From the NCBI RefSeq assembly GCF_902652985.1, contig NC_047031.1, positions 26,288,001 to 26,352,000 on the forward strand: DNA of 64,000 nt, given 5' to 3'. Position numbers and translations under genes: made by a program. Each line of letters begins with the position of its first letter. Positions within the stretch are counted from its first letter, which is position 1. This document shows, in pieces, positions 60,601 to 64,000 of the stretch. Origin of the DNA: Pecten maximus (Eukaryota). The notes under the pieces are model-generated. The model saw only the letters and a list, made by a program, of their open reading frames with translations. It was not told the DNA's origin and made no database searches.

Positions 60601-62390
60601 CCCCTAGACACCTGTCCTCATATGACCCAGGCTGTTGAGATTCCATGAGACACTTGTCCTCATATGACCCTGGCTGTTGTGTTTCCCTGAGACACCCGTC
60701 CTCATATGACCCTGGCTGTTGTGTTTCCCTGGGACACCCGCCCTAATATGACCCTGGCTGTTGTGTTTCCCTGGGACACCCGTCATCATATGACCCTGGC
60801 TGTTGTGTTTCCCTATAGACACACGTCCTCATATGACCCTGGCTGTTGTGTTTCCCTGGGACACCCGCCCTAATATGACCCTGGCTGTTGTGTTTCCCTG
60901 GGACACCCGTCATCATATGACCCTGGCTGTTATGTTTCCCTGGGACACCCGTCCTCATATGACCCTGGCTGTTGTTGTCCCCTGAGACACACCGTCCTCA
61001 TATGACCCTGGCTGTTGTTGTCCCCTGAGACACACCGTCCTCATATGACCTTGACAGTTTTGTTTCTCCCGAGACACCTGTCTTCACATGTCCCTGGCTG
61101 TTATGTTTCCCTGGGACACCCGTCCTCATATGACCCTGGCTGTTGTTGTCCCCTGAGACACACCGTCCTCATATGACCCTGGCTGTTGTTGTCCCCTGAG
61201 ACACACCGTCCTCATATGACCTTGACAGTTTTGTTTCTCCCGAGACACCTGTCGTCACATGTCCCTGGCTATTGTGTTTCCCTGAGACACCCGTCCTCAT
61301 ATGACCTTGACAGTTTTGTTTCTCCCGAGACACCTGTCGTCACATGTCCCTGGCTATTGTGTTTCCCTAAGACATTCTTCACCATATGACACTGACTGTT
61401 GGTGTACTTATTTTATTTTCATTTTCTAGGCCCTAAGTTTCATTTTATGGAAACTTGCTTTCAATGATCTGAGCTGCATTTGATGAACATTCAAATTCTA
61501 CGCACTGAACCTATATTTGATGATATTTCTATTCCTAGGCTCTGAGTTTGGATGACGATGAGGTGAAGTGGGTCTGTAATCACTTTGGCCAGGCAGAAAT
61601 AACACACAGGGAGGAAAACTGGTCGATTTCGGGAATTACAAAGAAGATTGATATAGCTAAACTGATGTTAATACAGAACCTTGGCAGCAAGTTCAGCAAC
61701 AGAACGGTGTCTGAAATCCAATTTGATGGTGAATATATAGATATAATCTACTTGCTTGTAACAAGCATTTTCATTAGATTAAAAATTTATGTTGTTGGCC
61801 CGTAAAGTGAAAAAATGACATCACTGTTTGTAACATCGCTTTTGATTGGCTGAAAGAGAGGCGTAATAATATCTAAGACAAATGAGTCCATCAATTATAA
61901 TGAATTTCCAAAAAGATTGTGTACAGTAAATTAAATTATAAGGATTAACTTGAATGTTTTATTTGCTTATGGAGCTATAACACAAAAAAATGGAGTTTGT
62001 TGTCACAAACTGCATAGGAATGTAATTTTACCTGTTTTAAAATCAAATATTAGAACATCAGCATGTAAGAAAGGACTTGTACAGTTGTGTAATTCCTTTA
62101 AGTGTTAATACTTTGATCTTATATCTTATATGCTACATGTAAAATTAATGTATTTTAAAATGAAAAGACATCATTCTGCGTAGCCAAATAAATGAAGTCC
62201 CCCTAAGTGGTGTATCATCCAGCTGTATACTGCCACTTCAAAGTATTGAAATTTTGATTTATTTGACCTGGAACGCTTTACATATGTACATCTTCTGTTT
62301 TGATTTGATTTTAAGAGCTGGACGAAGCTGTAGAGAATAACTTTGAAGTCCAATTGGAAAACCAGCCTAAACATCAACCAAGTCATAGTG
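45670..62390 (+). CDS. BTB/POZ-domain protein fused to a degenerate tyrosine-recombinase-like domain; exons 45659-45938, 46642-47743, 53276-55061, 55721-55841, 56413-56539, 57966-58090, 61539-61728, 62316-62390; continues beyond the window (>1260 aa); apparent frameshift near 47000
   Basis: BTB motifs ADVRFFVG, GHRSILVCRSPVF, FLR|YLYTD, LAQQYRVNTLVSYC. All seven introns are GT-AG and phase-compatible (2,1,2,0,1,0,1). C-terminal ARLILYNRCLPEEL, NKYMFAS, NFRRHTATITQ, WVCNHFGQ, IAKLML. Confidence 0.8.
49263..51207. repeat. G-rich minisatellite, 30-bp unit GAACCACAGTTATGTGGGGCAGTGGGTTGT, ~65 copies
   Basis: Directly visible; accounts for the repetitive ORFs at 49079-51218. Confidence 0.97.
51861..51904 (-). 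ncRNA. Degenerate minimal hammerhead-ribozyme-like motif, probably in a Penelope remnant (~51850-52330)
   Basis: ATCGC CTGAAGA n17 GAAA ACGTT A GCGAT: stem I ATCGC/GCGAT, palindromic AACGTT, weak stem II. Confidence 0.45.
55088..55311. repeat. 30-bp minisatellite TTAGGGGATTATGTGGGTTAACAGTGATAT, ~7.5 copies
   Basis: Directly visible just after the donor at 55061. Confidence 0.95.
55868..56326. mobile_element. Foldback non-autonomous element, family H3
   Basis: Hairpin TTGTTGGATATGGAATTTATT.../...AATAAATTCCATATCCAACAA plus a second IR TTTCTACCACAATA / TATTGTGGTAGAAA. Confidence 0.65.
57265..57938. repeat. AT-rich minisatellite, ~62-63-bp unit, ~10 copies
   Basis: TTACTATCAGATAGTTAAAAAAGAAATATAAAATACAAAACTAGCTGATACAGAAAAAGTTTG repeats. 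Confidence 0.95.
58120..61400. repeat. Minisatellite, 39-42-bp unit with constant core GTCCTCATATGACCCTGGCTGTT, ~80 copies
   Basis: Directly visible. Confidence 0.97.
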
Positions 62391-62409
62391 GTGAGTACCA
62401 TCTCTTCAG

Positions 62410-64000
62410 CCATAACCACTCTCAACACCAGTCATTAACCACTCACAGCAGATCACCAACAATCATTAACCACTCAACTGTCATTAACCACTCAACTGTC
62501 ATTAACCACTCAACTGTCATTGACCACTCAACTGTCATTGACCACTCACCAGTCATTAACCACTCACCGGTCATTAACCACTCACTAGTCATTAACCACT
62601 CAACTGTCATTGACCACTCACCAGTTATTAACCACTCAACTGTCATTAACTACTCACTAGTCATTAACCACTCACCAGTCATTAACCACTCAACTGTCAT
62701 TGACCACTCAACTGTCATTGACCACTCACCAGTCATTAACCACTCACCGGTCATTAACCACTCACTAGTCATTAACCACTCAACTGTCATTAACTACTCA
62801 CTAGTCATTAACCACTCACTAGTCATTAACCACTCAACTGTCATTGACCACTCACCAGTCATTAACCACTCAACTGTCATTGACCACTCACCAGTCATTA
62901 ACCACTCAACTGTCATTAACTACTCACTAGTCATTAACCACTCAACTGTCATTGACCACTCACCAGTCATTAACCACTCAACTGTCATTGACCACTCACC
63001 AGTCATTAACCACTCAACTGTCATTAACCACTCACCAGTCATTAACCACTCAACTGTCATTAACCACTCAACTGTCATTAACCACTCACCAGTCATTAAC
63101 CACTCAACTGTCATTGACCACTCACCAGTCATTAACTACTCAACTGTCATTGACCACTCACCAGTCATTAACTACTCAACTGTCATTAACCACTCAACTG
63201 TCATTAACCACTCAACTGTCATTAACCACTCACCAGTCATTAACCACTCACTAGTCATTAACCACTCAACTGTCATTGACCACTCACCAGTCATTAACCA
63301 CTCAACTGTCATTGACCACTCACCAGTCATTAACTACTCAACTGTCATTAACCACTCAACTGTCATTAACCACTCACCAGTCATTAACCACTCAACTGTC
63401 ATTGACCACTCACCAGTCATTAACTACTCAACTGTCATTAACCACTCAACTGTCATTAACCACTCACTAGTCATTAACCACTCAACTGTCATTGACCACT
63501 CACCAGTCATTAACTACTCAACTGTCATTGACCACTCACCAGTCATTAACCACTCAACTGTCATTGACCACTCACCAGTCATTAACTACTCAACTGTCAT
63601 TAACCACTCAACTGTCATTAACCACTCACTAGTCATTAACCACTCAACTGTCATTGACCACTCACCAGTCATTGACCACTCACCAGTCATTAACTACTCA
63701 ACTGTCATTAACCACTCAACTGTCATTAACCACTCACTAGTCATTAACCACTCAACTGTCATTGACCACTCACCAGTCATTAACTACTCAACTGTCATTA
63801 ACCACTCACCAGTCATTAACTACTCAACTGTCATTAACCACTCACCAGTCATTAACTACTCAACTGTCATTAACCACTCACCAGTCATTAACCACTCAAC
63901 TGTCATTGACCACTCACCAGTCATTAACTACTCAACTGTCATTAACCACTCAACTGTCATTAACCACTCACTAGTCATTAACCACTCAACTGTCATTGAC
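62410..64000. repeat. 18-bp minisatellite GTCATTAACCACTCA(ACT/CCA/CTA), running to the window end
   Basis: Directly visible. Confidence 0.97.

Noticed and set aside
58120-61400. CRISPR-like array (constant core plus variable segment)
   Set aside because: The variable parts are a few recurring related variants, not unique spacers; eukaryotic intron; no cas genes
58232-63974. Repetitive ORFs (GKHNSQGHMRT, SLTTQL)
   Set aside because: Translations of minisatellites

Overview
AT-rich, intron-containing animal DNA. A bivalve mollusc is the most likely source (inference from an HSPA12-type HSP70, Meta- and V-core SINEs and abundant minisatellites). Host genes: (1) two same-strand paralogous C2H2 zinc-finger genes (about 1.5-4.3 kb and 40.1-42.5 kb, minus); (2) an intact 4-exon HSPA12-like gene (10.5-22.5 kb, plus); (3) a long multi-exon plus-strand gene from 45.7 kb to beyond the window end. 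In gene 3 an N-terminal BTB/POZ domain splices in phase to a transposon-type tyrosine-recombinase-like domain that appears catalytically dead. Mobile DNA: a young intact Gypsy element (identical-looking 836-bp LTRs, CCAT TSD) with an extra zinc-finger ORF in the env position; a full-length degenerate Tx1/L1-clade LINE with a 17-bp TSD; CR1 and Penelope remnants; SINEs; several MITE/foldback families; and large minisatellites. The most unusual signal is a miniature LTR retrotransposon (TRIM) family at 42.7-43.85 kb, with another copy near 3 kb. Its ~160-bp LTRs (TGTAAC...GTTACA) each carry a tRNA-derived Pol III A/B-box module and flank a ~110-bp internal region with a PBS and PPT, making it a tRNA-based analogue of plant Cassandra elements. 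All alignments were done by eye; no database searches were run.
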